Shown here one piece after another: positions 25,071-37,839 of a DNA stretch of 64,000 nucleotides. Under the pieces are notes generated by a model. The model was not told where the DNA came from, did no database searches, and saw only the letters and a program-made list of their open reading frames with translations. Origin of the DNA: Takakia lepidozioides (Eukaryota; Plantae; Bryophyta). The translations under genes were made by a program, and so were the position numbers. Position 1 is the stretch's first letter. The number at the start of each line of letters is the position of its first letter. Location of the stretch: positions 35,588,001-35,652,000 of the forward strand of contig CM060734.1 in assembly GCA_030704615.1 (NCBI GenBank), read 5' to 3'.

Positions 25071-26232
25071 GAGGCAGCTCGCCAGCCTCCTTCGACCATC
25101 CCGGACACCACGATCTTCCAAAGCTCGCCGCAGATTGCGCCAACCACGATCCGAAAAATTGCATGTGGAATGCATGATCGCCCTCGCTCTTCTTCATCTT
25201 CGGCCTTCCACCCCCACAGCATCTGCTACGCTTCTCTTCGCATCCCAACGCCACTCACGGATCAGCCAATACAGCGATCAGACTGAAACCTGCCCCAGTC
25301 AACCCATGCGGATTTGAGCACGAGATCCCTCGCTGCAAGTCGAAACGTACAAGGCAGTGTCCGTGATATGTTCCTTAACTAATTGGCAGCGCACTCAGTT
25401 TGTTGTGTGTACAAACAGCGACTGGGCCGTGGACGCACAACGATCGATCGGATGGCATGTTCACATAATCATGACTTTACAGTTATTTCTATGTAAGGCA
25501 CTGTCATACATATTTTATGATGCGGTAATATGGCTGATAATAATATAGAGAAATATTGCCTGCTGCATCCCAGGTGCGGCACCGTACTCTTCAGCATGTA
25601 ACAGGCCAGCTTCCACGTTCAAACTGTTTGGACATCATTTTCTTATAGCTCCTTTGTTACTACAATTGGATGGCAAGCATATCTTTTGGGCAGCATAAAA
25701 TTCCACTAACTGATTTTCCAGAAGGTTCAGTGAATTCATGCAATAGGGATATACATGTAATACGGTAAACCTCGTCAGCACAGCCTCAGTTTTGTGGGCC
25801 ATGGATATACAAGCTTGTCAGGAAGCTTGCTTTCCATGCGCCCATGGCCGGATCACAGGTCAGTCCAGCCGAACCTCCTTAGAACAGTGGGAGTGGGGCG
25901 TGTTTGTCTGTCGGTAATTTCACCTGCCTTATCCGGCCCTGTCTGCCGGTAGAGCCCGTGCCTGCTGAATGGAAAGCTGAGCACTACACTAATTACTTGT
26001 CATCTGAAATGGCCGGTTGGTTAGGCACTTGGGGTGAAATCATGTTTTTCACCCCAATGTCCAATTTGAAGAATATTGAGGTTGGAGTGATGATGCAGTA
26101 TCACGTGCTCACTGCCAACTGTTTTGTACTGAATACAAACATGTTCAGTAATGCAATTTGGATTCCGATCAGCATGTACATGTACATAGTTCACGGCTTC
26201 ATGCATTCTTAAGGAAGAGTTGCAGAGGCTCC

Positions 26233-26780
26233 TTATGACAAGCATGCTGGGCATGTACTCTCATCATCGCGCGGGCTATGAGAGTTAAGAGAGAGCCGGG
26301 GCGGACGATTCTCGTGGAGGCTTGGAAGCAGAAGAGAAACTACATGTGCAGGATTGTCAGTCCAGACAAGATTAGCTCCGGTCTGATTACCAGATTGGCT
26401 ACAGGCGCTCCTCGGTCTCATGACTGAGGACTTTGTAGACAGCAGTGAATGTTTGCATTCCTCAGGTAATCCACAACAATCTTTCATGAACACAAGTTCT
26501 TGCACGTGATCTCTCTTCTCCATGTGTCGATCGCTACAGGTTCATCCTAACTCTGATCTGCGAGCTCAGTGTTTTCATTTCTCAAATCGACAACCTGCAT
26601 ACATGTGTTTTAGCACCGTCGACGACATTCTGAACGCGGTGATGGAAGAGAATGGATTGAAGTCTTGTTACAAACTTACCTATCTGACACTTGTCAGGGA
26701 CAACCCTAATTTTTGGTCTGTTTGGCTTCTGAGCTGCACTCGGGCTAGATACGCTGCTCAAGTTTGTCACTGGGAAGGTC
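26233..26780 (-). pseudogene. Diverged fragment of the last exon of the same gene family (copy E)
   Basis: Shares VMRPRS.C..QS..QTGA and flanking nucleotide blocks with 1260-1590. Confidence 0.55.
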
Positions 26781-26899
26781 AATTGCTCTGGACAATCACT
26801 GGTCACAATACTGCCCACTTACACATCTTTGCGCATGTTCTTTTACAGTTGTAACCTAAGTTTCCGTCAGCCTTAAACACATGGCCAGTGACTTTTTTT

Positions 26900-29280
26900 A
26901 TCACATACTTCGGTGGTCCCAAGAAAGAAAGGAGTGAGAGAGGACTCCTCCCCAAGCTGGACTTCGCCTGCATTACCTATAGTGTCTCTTCGTCCCGAAG
27001 AGCTACTGCCTGCCTTCCGTTGGAAGGTAGACACTTTGAACCCTAGATCCCTCTAGGTTATGCACAGGCGAAGCACGAACACCCAACCGCCCTACCACAG
27101 GGGTACCTGTTTTCCCAAATCCTTACCGAGCAATATTAGATTAAAATGCTTATATCTCTAAGAGGTGCAGCACCTATCTGCAGCTCTTTAGAATTACCGT
27201 GACATTGCTGATAGAACTCAACACTAATCAAGCAGATCCGACACACTAGTACACTTTATAAGTGGGATGCCTAGCAATTTGTTAGATGACATAGCACATA
27301 AGAAGTAGACAGTATTTAAGATGAGCTAGAATGCAGCTGCGTGTTGCTGCACATGCATAGCATGATGCAGAGGATCTCACAGTAATACTAATCTTAAGAA
27401 AATCCCCAAGGAAGCGTAAATTATGGTGTCTCTACATCCTGAGGGACTACTGCTTTCAGTTGGAAGGTGGACACCAATACTAATCTACAATTTGACAGAC
27501 TAACATGATAATGCTCCACAATTGTTCGTGCCTGATCATAGATCCTCTGTCCATGTGAAATGGTGGGGGGTGCCGGTTGCAACTGTAAAAGAACATGCAT
27601 GCGCAAAGAAATGTTAGCACTTGGCAGTACTGCATGTAATACCTGGTGATCGCAGCAGTGGCTCTTCCACCTGCTCAATGAGATATTCCAGAATAGTTTA
27701 CTACCTTCTACACCGTGTCCACCTTCCAAACAGAAGGTAGTAACTTTTCAGGTGAAGAGACACCATAAGTCACCGCTTGCCTAGGCAAGAGTCTTCCTTC
27801 CGAACTTGGAAGGCACTTTAGGTTGATAACATAGCTAGATGGAGTCTTCATTGATCATTTCTAGTGGTTGATCGAACTGGTGACCCAACATTTACTTAGA
27901 AGCATTGGCTTAAGTTGGATGACTTGAACTCACATGATGGATCTCACTATATCAACTTTTACTTGCAGAGGACTTCTTTCTGTTAACATGAATCAAACTG
28001 GAGGCCTGTGAACTTTCTACAGTATGGCAGTAGTGAAGCCTTGCATGTATTCTGCCAGAGAATTATACAACCAACAACATGTAAGGACCCTATGGTAGGG
28101 TTGGCTCTGAACTGAAATTCCACATAAATCTTGCTTCTGGTAAATCAAGATTACTCAAATGATGTGAAGTTTGTTGTGCCAGCTGCCATGATGTACATCA
28201 CACTCCACATTAGAGACCAATCATGCAATCGGTTGAATTTGGGCACTTCGGTGAGCGAAGTAAGGGAAAGTATGAAAGAGAGGTGCAACTCATCCCAAGT
28301 TGCATGGGGGGCTTCTGAGAGGTGCACTGTCACATCTTTTCCTCGCTAAGTGCTATTCTCTCACCTTTGCATGACCTGACGAATTTGAGGTTGAAGGTGC
28401 CAACTGATGCTTCTTGAATTTATTTGGATGAGCTAGGGGAGCATTGTTTCCATGTGTGATAACATTACTTGATTGTTTGTAAAGCAGAGCACCGAAGGAG
28501 GGGCAACTTGAACTGAGAGAGAAATTTTTGGCGTGTGTATGTGGTGTGTATGTGGGCGGTATGGAAGCTGCTGCTACTGGCCTTCTCTCCCGTGTCCAAG
28601 AGCTGGAGATTTTACTGGCCTTGTGTGGGTCTTTCAGTCTGAATTTGCTTTCTCCCCCATACCAGTGCAGTGAATGGACAGTCCCGAGTTGTTTCACTGC
28701 ACCAGTGCACAACCCAACCACTAGGCTTAATTATTTGGTTCTCTTAGGATTCTATACCCACATCCAAAAACTTTTCCAGGGATCAATTAGGGGAACTAAG
28801 CCTCATTGCTAGGGTGGCATTTCTGAAGGCTACTGAATTGCATATTTGGCAGAAGATCTGTGGAATGATGGCTGTAGGGTAAGCATATCGGCAAAAAGTC
28901 GGCGTTCGAAGCAAGCCAGGTACGGAGTTTCCTATATCAACCAATGCTTCATTGCGCTGAGGGCTGTCATTTGTATAGGTTAGCTGGACCCATGGAAACT
29001 TCTTTTGTAGCAATGCACATGTGCACTTTTGTTTCTGGGACAGTGGCCGGCTTGGCTATCAAACAGTTGAAAGGAACCTAGATCTAGTTACTTGTTGAAG
29101 AGAGCAAGATTAACTACCCTGTAGGTTGAAGCACTAGAGCAGGTAGCCCTTAAGTGCAGTTATTGCCTTGCCTGTGCATAACGTGATGTACTGTTCAAAG
29201 TGTCCACCTTCCAACGCAATAATCCTTGGATGGATGAAGAGACACTATAATTTAGGCTTCCTTGGGGAGGAGTCCTCTTT
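26900..29280. repeat. Four copies of a short structured repeat (SINE-like)
   Basis: Core GTGTCYACCTTCCAA..G(A/T)AGAGACACYATA at ~26981-27035 (-), ~27421-27475 (-), ~27715-27768 (+), ~29200-29250 (+). Confidence 0.6.
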
Positions 29281-29359
29281 CTTTTCATGGAGTGGGGGTG
29301 CCTTTGGATGGTGGGCCAACACAATCAGTACTGTTGTTCTCTTGGCACAATCTCCAAAG

Positions 29360-30350
29360 TATAGGGCTGCAGGTCAATTTTAGCGAAACAAGATCATGGT
29401 TTCAATGGCCATGCGGATCGCAGATCCTCTTCAATCAGCGGGACATTGAGGTTGTCAAATTGCCTACGTACCTGGGTCTAGTGATCCACTCACCCAAATT
29501 CCAGTTTCTCTCAACAGCTATGGACAACTTGACTAAGGGTAGGGCTCCCTCCATTCCCCTTTGAGGTCAAATTCAAGCAGATACATCTTCGCCATCCCCC
29601 AACCAGAAGATACCGTTGTCACCACCACAGCTGCCACTTATGGCTGTGAGTTCTGGGCAGTCACAGTTTCTTGGTGGGAAAAGAATCCTAAACTGCTGCA
29701 GTCATCTTTCCTCCAAGCAATGCTTGGTGCTAGGGGCACAACCCCATCACACATTCTATATGCGGAGTTTGCATGCGTGCCCCTTCAAACCGAGGCCAGC
29801 TTCCTGCTTACAATCTTTCTTAAAAGGTTACAAACCCTGCATCCCAAAGCAAGAGCCCTCAAAACATCTATCAGGCTCAATGCAGCAGGCTTCAAGCCTC
29901 CTGGTATGCTTGGGTGTGCAGCTTTCTTGAGCGCAATGGACTCTCAGTTGCTTCCCTATGGCCACAAAATAGAGAGGGGGTGGAAATGACGTCCAAACAG
30001 GATCGCAACTGACTGATAAGAAGAGAACTTATGGAACTTCATGTCAAGCAAACATGGAATTCAGCCACTCTTACAACCAAACTCCATTTCTATAGGAAGA
30101 CATTCTTAGTTCTCCTAGTGACGACAGAATCTTGTGGCCTACTTACCTATCTGCACCTTTATCTCCTCCCTTCTGAGGGCATTGGGGCGGTTCAGGGTGG
30201 CCCCCCACTTTTTTAGGGATAGAGACTGGTTGGTGGGAAAACCTGCAACGAGAAGACCTGAGATGGAGAGGGGGCTTGGGATGCACCTTTTTGTACAGAG
30301 GATACTGGACCGCTACTGGAGGGACCATCTCATCAATATGAACCACCTTG
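29360..30350 (+). pseudogene. Degenerate non-L1 LINE RT C-terminal remnant (RTEX/L2-like)
   Basis: GLQVN..TYLGL..YGCEFW..FLQAMLGAR.TTP..LYAEF..PL..LGRFRVAPH across frameshifted ORFs. Confidence 0.7.
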
Positions 30351-31662
30351 ATGCTGCTGTATGTGCCCTACTTAGAATTTGGAATTGTGTTTCTAGGCCA
30401 TGCATACAGGGGCTTGTCTTAGTTGATGAAAAGAAGCTGCCAAATGTCAAAAGACCGATGGATTGCCATGCGATTCACAGTAGAGTCTCTTCTTCGACCT
30501 TGGGTCCCTGCAGATGAAGAAGCTGACTGCAATCGAGAGAATGCCTCACCATGTTCATGCAACAGGTCCTTTTGATGGCTTTCGGCAAATTCAGCCTTGC
30601 TTGCCTTGATAAATTTTGCTGTGTAGTTGAATATCCCAAGATGTTTGTGTGTCCTTGTTTGCAGGTGTGGTTGTCCTCCCTACTCTTACCCAAGTATCCC
30701 AAATAATTTTTGAATGTAAGTGGGATACACACGGGTTTATTTTAAAGAGGAAAAGTGAGGACCTTCTATTAGACCACAGCTGGAAGGAAGAGATTGTTTA
30801 ATCTGGAAGAGACTCAATGGCTGAAAAAAGTGAGGCTGGGTAGAGTAGGGTGCACCACTTGAAGCAGACTTAGTGATTTTTTCTATCAGAAAAATTGTCC
30901 CAAAAACCCTTCTGGAATGATTCCTTTTGTCCTCAACTAATTGACATGAATATATATCTCCCAATTTCCATTAGACCCCAAATTCTGTCAACTGGCACAA
31001 GGTAGGTAGCTGCAGTTAGTATAACGGGATGTAAACATTGAGAATGTTATGGCCAAGTCAAGTTTCTGGGGTTCTCTTGGAAAGAAACACCTCAGGGCAG
31101 ATAGGGATTACATCTCAAACTAATCCACTGAACAAACCGCAAACCCATTCATATAAACCATAAACCAATGATCTCCATAGCACACACGCCTCCCTTCTCA
31201 CTTTACCCTCGTCCCCCACACAAGGAAACCCACTTGTCAATAATTAAATTAAATTAAGTTCTATTCTATGACTCCTCTTCCATCTCTTCCCCATTTAAGT
31301 TAGAAGCCTTTGGATAAGTACCTGATCTCCACAGGGACCTGTGACCACTAGCCCATGCAGTTGGTTGGGGATTGTGACGTCATGCAGTTGGTTTTGGGGA
31401 TTGTGACGGCCACGACCATTTTACTAACTAATTATAGAGCCTGGATGAATAGTCCATTTTATAGGTATTGTTGATTGTTGGTGCGGGGATGATAAGTTGG
31501 GAGTGACATGCAGATCTAAATCGTGGTGCCTCTTGTGACCTCCACCGTGTGGATAACTACTACTAATAATAATAATATGAGTTTTCAAAGTTGTTTTCAG
31601 CCCGTACTATATCATAAAATATGTATGACCTTATATAAAAGTAACTGTAAAGTCATGATTAT

Positions 31663-31826
31663 GCGACATATGGCATCTGTGATGTGATTGGAGCCGTTGG
31701 CATCATGGCTCCCAGTCACTGATGTGGGCTCCAAGTGATTATTTTTTCCACTTTTGTACCCTCTTTTTTTCAATAAAATTTCTCAGGGCCAGGCTCCATC
31801 CCCTGTTTATAAAAAAAAAAAAGAAG
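31663..31826 (+). mobile_element. Short non-LTR retroposed insertion (extreme 5'-truncated LINE or SINE)
   Basis: 13-bp TSD AAGTCATGATTAT (31650-31662 and 31827-31839); poly(A); 3' end AATAAA..CAGGGCC..CCCCTGTTT resembles the L1 tail near 23530-23565. Confidence 0.8.
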
Positions 31827-31873
31827 AAGTCATGATTATCCGATCGATCATTGTGCCTCCGCGCTGTTTGTAC

Positions 31874-32226
31874 CAGTGTTGGGCGGTTTTTTTGATTTTT
31901 TTCATAACCGGCGGTTCCGGTTGTTTCAAATTTTAGGAGACTATTAACCGTGGTTGCGGTTATTAAATTTTTTTATGGCTAAATATAACCTCAGCGGTTA
32001 CGGTTACTTACAAAAACCTCAAATAACCGGCTGTTTTCATCAAATAACTGTGGGTATTGGGCGGTTCTTTAAGAGGTTTATTGCTCGGTTATTTTGAATG
32101 CGTGACCTCCGCCGGTTCCTAACTGGACCGGTTACTTCATTTTTTCACCTCCGCCGGTCATATATATATAACTGGATAGGTAACTGCTGGGTATTAGAGA
32201 GAAATTCAAATAACCGCCCAACACTG
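31874..32226. mobile_element. hAT-family MITE
   Basis: TIR CAGTGTTGGGCGGTT / AACCGCCCAACACTG; 8-bp TSD GTTTGTAC/GTTTGTAT; many AACCG/CGGTT subterminal motifs. Confidence 0.9.
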
Positions 32227-32944
32227 GTTTGTATACACAACAAAGTGCAGTTAAGGAACGTATCACGGACATTGCCCTGCGTGTGGTTGTAACTAACTAC
32301 CATCAAATTAATACTGTTTGCTGAATTAGTAAATAAGATTAATTCCAGTAAGTTGGAAAGCACTCACACTCACTAAATATGTAAGATTCCCACTTTTTCT
32401 TATTGTATGTACAGATCTATACACATATTCACTGCTATTTATACAATGTGGGTAAGAATGGTAGTTTTACCGCAGAAAATGGGGCATGACAAGTGAGCAA
32501 CCTCGACAGCAAAATGTGGAGTGCAAAATATGAGTTAGGTAGTTATTTTTGAGGGCACCCACTCGGAGGGCCTCGCTCATATCTCCGTCGCTTTCCTGCA
32601 ACTAATGTTTTTTTATATTTATCGTGCCTTCTACGTTTCCATAGGGTTTTGGAGTTTGAAGGGATCTTGTGGTCAAATCCGCAAGGGTGGAATGGGGCAG
32701 GTTCCAGTCTGATTGCACACTGTTCAGCATTGGTTGATCCGTGTGTGTGCTGTGGATTCGAAGAGAAGCGTAGCAGATGCGGTGAGGGCAATGGAGTGGA
32801 AGGCGTGAGATGAAGAACAGAGAGGGAGACACATCTTCTGGTGAATTCCACAAGCAATTTCGCGGATCGTGGTGTGCGCAATCTGCGGTGGAGCTTTGGA
32901 GATCGTGGAGTCCGGGATGGTCGGAGGAGGCTGGCGAGCTGCTC

Positions 32945-34130
32945 TATAAAAGCGAGCAAGCTCGCACCTCATCTCTCACTGCATTGCGGTATGTATCTGT
33001 GTTTGCTTTATCATTTGTCATCAGCATTTCGTGCTTTTCGACATCTTTTCTCCTCCACTCAAACCTCCAGAAGCAGGATGTCGACGTCCTGCGATCATGG
33101 ATACTGCTGCCGCCGCTGTGGATGCGGCAACACGTGCATGTAAGTGCTTCCCTGTAAGATTGGTGCCTGGTCGAGAAGCGAGATGTATTGTGCTAGGGGG
33201 AAAATGCTTCGAGATCAACCTTAGAGCTGCTCTCATGTCCTATCTTCTCAAGTTTCGCAGAACCGGGTACTTAGGACGGAGAGCTATTGCTGCAATCACC
33301 ACGAATTACGTACTGCCACTAACACTTGTTTGCGCATGCAATTACAGATGCAACCGCCATCCTCACCCCATCCACGTTGAGAGTGTATCTATCAGGTACC
33401 ATTACATATGGTCCCAAATCAGGTTATAATTGAGCACTGCTATGCTTCTGTACATCTTTGAATTAATGCAGCTTAAGCATTACCGTGAGATTCCTCATCT
33501 TGCTGAAATGATTATGTGCTATGCATGCTGTGTAAGCGACATCTAACAATCTGCTATATCTGCAAGTTCAGCGTCTTCATTCTCATGAACGAGAACTGGG
33601 AGGGACGTCGAGATGCTGCCCCCCCTGTGATTGCAGGCCACCTTCCATCAGCGAAAATGAATGAGCCGCCAGTGGCATAGAGTACCCTGGCCTCATGCGG
33701 CAGGCCAGGTTAATATGGCCTAGGACCTGATCACCCCCTGCCGCAAGCTACAAACAATAAGGCCATAGACAATAAAGTAGAGAGGATACATGACTAGTGG
33801 GATGCACAGGTGTACTGTGTAGCTGCTGAGTTCGTATGTCCTCTCTCCGGATCCCTTTGTGTATGTGGGAGTCCTGCTTACGTAAGTAGCTGCATTAATA
33901 ATTTCAAGAGGGTGCTGCACAGGTGTACTCTGTAGTGCTGTTCATATGCCCTCTCTCCCTCTGCGGAGTCATGTAAACACCCTTACACAATTACATACTC
34001 GTGAATTTGAGTTGTTCTTAAACTCCATGTCTGTGCAGTGCAGTGCGCATGGTATGGAAATGGTGCAGCAGTGTATGAGCTCTCCGGGTCCCTCTGATGT
34101 CCACCTTTGCAAGTATCCAAGAAACTGATG
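32945..34130 (+). pseudogene. Cys-rich multi-exon gene, copy C (may be partly intact)
   Basis: TATAAAA 32945; leader intron 32989-33070; exon 33078-33139 (MSTSCDHGYCCRRCGCGNTC); exon 33348-33395 (ICNRHPHPIHVESVSIR); later exons degenerate. Confidence 0.65.
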
Positions 34131-34229
34131 CATGTGAACAAATCAAAGAGCCCTGCAATGCATGTATCGCCACCAAATCCAGGCACCCTAATCAGGAAAA
34201 GTAGTCTTAAGTTAGTGAGACTACTCATG

Positions 34230-34990
34230 AAACATTGATTTTGAATTATTTATTGAAAAGAAAAACAAATCCCAAAACATGCCTAATTGAACCCATGAAC
34301 TGTGCCCCCACTAGGCTAATCAGCAGCTAGTCTTTATCTCCCGTCGTTAATTATTATTAAGCTTAATTAGGACATAAAATAGTAGGTCACTGTCGATCGC
34401 AGTGTGAAAAGGGGCAGATCAGAGATATTTGTAAGCAAAGATATTTGTTGAGAGAGAGGAGGAGGGTGGTCCGCAAAGCCAGGCAGAGTGTGCGGGTAGC
34501 ATCCGTATAAGAAGGTCTCGTGCTGAACAGCCTTCAAGCCAGGTTCCATCTCGTTGGAAGGATTGTAGGTAGAGAGATTGTGGAGAGATGGGCTCTGAGA
34601 GTTGAAAGAGAGCCGAGGCCGAGGAGTCGAAGCGATCTGTCATGGAAGCAGAAGAGAAACACGTGCAGGTTTGACAGTCCAGGGAAGAGTATCTCCGGTC
34701 TGAACAGACTGGCTACAGGTGTTCCTTGGCCAGCTAATGACTGATGACTCGTGATCTCTCTCATCGCTACAGGTTTATCCTGACTCTGATCTGCTCGGTG
34801 TTTGCATTCCTCAGATTGACACCCTGTATATTCATGCTAAAGGGCGTGAAGTCTTGTTATATATTACCTGTACCGTGTACGTGACATTTTTCAGGGGCAT
34901 CCCTAATTGTATGGTCTGTCTGACTTCTCAGCTGCACTCCCAGATACGCAGATATCGTGCTCCAGTTTGTGAGTGGGTAGGTATTGCTCC
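34230..34990 (-). pseudogene. Last exon and 3' flank of the gene family (copy D)
   Basis: High similarity to 870-1615, including EMEPGL..VQHETFL.GCYPHTLP. Confidence 0.55.
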
Positions 34991-35875
34991 GGCCACCAGG
35001 TGCAAGAGCTTGTGTGCATAATTAAGGATTTTTGTGGGTCAGTTGAGGAACTCGTAAATTCAGCTCTGTCATTGAACTAAGTTCTTAATCATGAGATATT
35101 GCAGATTGTCGATTGTGAGTTGAGAAATGCAAGAGATACAGCTAACAAGAACAGAGAAGAACTATACAAGTGCTAAGCAAAGCCGATATAGAGTTCTGTG
35201 TACTGCTAATTAAGTGTCTGCTGAAATCTCAGGAATGTAGAAAATGAGAGGAATGCTAGACAGCACTTGACGTGCAGACAATGAGTTATTAAAACTGACC
35301 AGAGCAGAACCGACAGACCGGAGAGTTATGTACACCGAGCATAGAAGCATGTCACATTCTCACTGCATTATGTCGGCTAACATGCAATTAATCATGTGAA
35401 ATGCGAATTGTCTTCATTTAAACGAAGCAATGCAAAGGCGACATATAGTATTGTACTATGTGACCAAAGCAGAGCCGATTAGTTTTGTACAGTGGGTGAG
35501 CCTAGTAGCTTGGAGGTAGCTTGTCAGATTCTTATTATCCTCTTGTTCATGATGACTACTGCAGATTGTCAAATGGGAGTTGAGGAATGCAGACATTCTG
35601 CAAAAGGGAGCAGATCCGACACTGTACACTAAATTACACTAAGCATATCAGGGGCATATCAGCTTATCAGATTTCACATGCATCTCATTGTGGGAGGACT
35701 CTTCGTCAAGTCATGCCTGGGCTTACAATGATTATGATTGAGATTGTCCAAGGGTAGCAGGATTTCTACCGAGAGAGAGAGAGGAGAGAGAGAGCCTAGC
35801 AAGGCCAAGCCATGTAGCTAACTGTTGATGTCTAGTACCACAGATAATTATACCAAGAAGAAGAGATATTTCCCC

Positions 35876-36154
35876 GTCTCTAAATGCGGGGAAGGTGTGC
35901 TTGTCCACCAGGCATATGCGCCAAGGAGTGACTGTCTAGTGGCATAGTAACACTAAGTAAGGAGTTTCAAATGGCAGGTCCCAGGTCACGCATTATGAGA
36001 ACTAGGGCTTGACTCCTGGCCTATCCTGGTCTCATAATGCGTGACCCGGGACCTATCATTTGACTCCTTACTTACTATTACTATGCCACTAGACAATCAT
36101 TCATTGCCGCAAATGGATGGTGGACAAGCACACCTTTCCCCCGCATTTAGAGAC
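35876..36154. repeat. Fold-back inverted repeat (~130-bp arms, ~20-nt loop)
   Basis: GTCTCTAAATGCGGGG..CACGCATTATGAGA pairs with TCTCATAATGCGTG..CCCCGCATTTAGAGAC. Confidence 0.9.
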
Positions 36155-36674
36155 AACACGGCAACAAGATCGAGCAACAGTGATCGACTTCGTCAACAGG
36201 CTATATATTGAGATACGGAACAACACAGGCCCAACCTTTTCCATTTTTCCCATTGATATATATGTATTTGGATTCACTATGGAGAGAGGAGAGACGACCC
36301 TATATCGAGGATTACAAATGGAATACTCTGGATGCCTAGTAATCTGTTCGATGAGGTCTATATAGCAAGCAAAGCATACATAATTAGGAGAGAATTGTAT
36401 GAGCTGGAATGCAGCTGCATGTTGCAACACATGCATAGCAAGATGAGGAATCTTATGCAGTAATAATATTAAAGCTAGAGCTCAAAAGACATGTAAGCAT
36501 AATAACGTTCAGCAATTATTCTGGAGTACCTGATCGTAGATCCATTGGCGATGTGCGGGCTTGGCCTCATGCAACTGCGCAAAGATGTGTTTGGCACCAG
36601 AAAATTTGTAGGAGACCTGTGAAAATGTGCCATGTGTCATATAATGACCTTACTACAGGTCCAGTTTGTTGTTG

Positions 36675-37634
36675 TGTAGTGAGAAAAGAGGGCCCGCATC
36701 TTTACCCTAACTATTTATACTGCACAGTTAACCAAATTACACACCACAACCGTCGCAGCGGAAGAGAAAACAGTCATGGCGCACTCCCGTTGATCTCATA
36801 AAGAGTGGTGATTGCATGTGCTCATGTGATTCTCTCTCTACACAACTAATCATCCACAGCGTGAGTATGCCCGTGAGGGTCACCAAGTACCAGCATTTGT
36901 TATGGCCGCAGCACCTTTGAATTTGTTTGATCAAGCTGTGCAGTAGCTTACCCGGCCCCTCTCCTTCTCTTATCTTTTCTCCTCACTCTTATGTTCTTTC
37001 TGAGAACCCTCACAGGGCTGGTTCACATTCACTGTTTAGCCATGCAGCCTAAGTGGCCTTATCATCTCTGGAGTTGATCTTATTTGTGCACTCAAGCTCA
37101 CCATCTACTCTGTTTTCTCTCAGCTCACTCTGCAGAGAAGAGATGATACTGACAGCCACCCACCACCTACCTATGGAGTCATCACGAGCTCTTGAACATT
37201 CTCCCACCATCACTAACTTCTTGGCTTCACCGTTCCTCTTTTCTTAGACTATCTCTTATCCCCAAATTGCAAATTCCATGGACATGAATGGATATAGAAC
37301 TACTCAGGCTGACTGTGGTTTGTGCAATCTAATGAGTAGGGCAGGGTATAATTACACTTGACAGAAATCTGGTCATTTCCTTTTGTTACAACCTCATCTC
37401 TTAAGGCCTACTTAATTCCACTCAGGCAGCGGGCTCTCTAGAACGTATCCATAATCAGGCACCAAAATGCTTCAACCTTTAGCCAACTCCCTCCGTCTCA
37501 CTCTCCGTTCGCAATACTTCAACAGCCAAATCATCACCTCACCCAGAACAGTAGGTCATCCCACTACAACTTCATGCTTTCAGTCCCAACACTGCACAAA
37601 TTTGATGAATCCAACATTTCCTCCCCTTTTTGCC
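36675..37634 (-). repeat. 3' LTR of Gypsy 2, part left of the MULE insertion
   Basis: Matches 55145-56102 up to the insertion site. Confidence 0.9.
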
Positions 37635-37839
37635 CAGGGATGCCTTGGCGTGAGCCTGGTCACGTGAGCGCAACTACGCTCACGCCACGTCACCTTGCGC
37701 AAATGTCACGTCACAGGGCTCACTCCACGTCATCACACGTGAAGGCCGCGTCACCACACGCCCAGAAAGAAGTGGAGTGTATTCCCGCGGATTGGCACCA
37801 TTTACCGCGAAAACAAGCTGGACGACATAATAAAAGGCA

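Noticed and set aside
26975-27770. Hammerhead or HDV ribozyme call for the structured repeat
   Set aside because: No CUGANGA/GAAA core, and helix order does not match the HDV nested pseudoknot.
33078-33395. Naming the Cys-rich gene a metallothionein
   Set aside because: N-terminal resemblance only; a C-terminal Cys cluster could not be placed confidently in frame.
36675-36681. TGTAGTG/CACTACA as CACTA transposon ends
   Set aside because: Inverted similarity extends inward, not outward, and a 4-bp direct repeat flanks them; this fits Gypsy 2 termini better.
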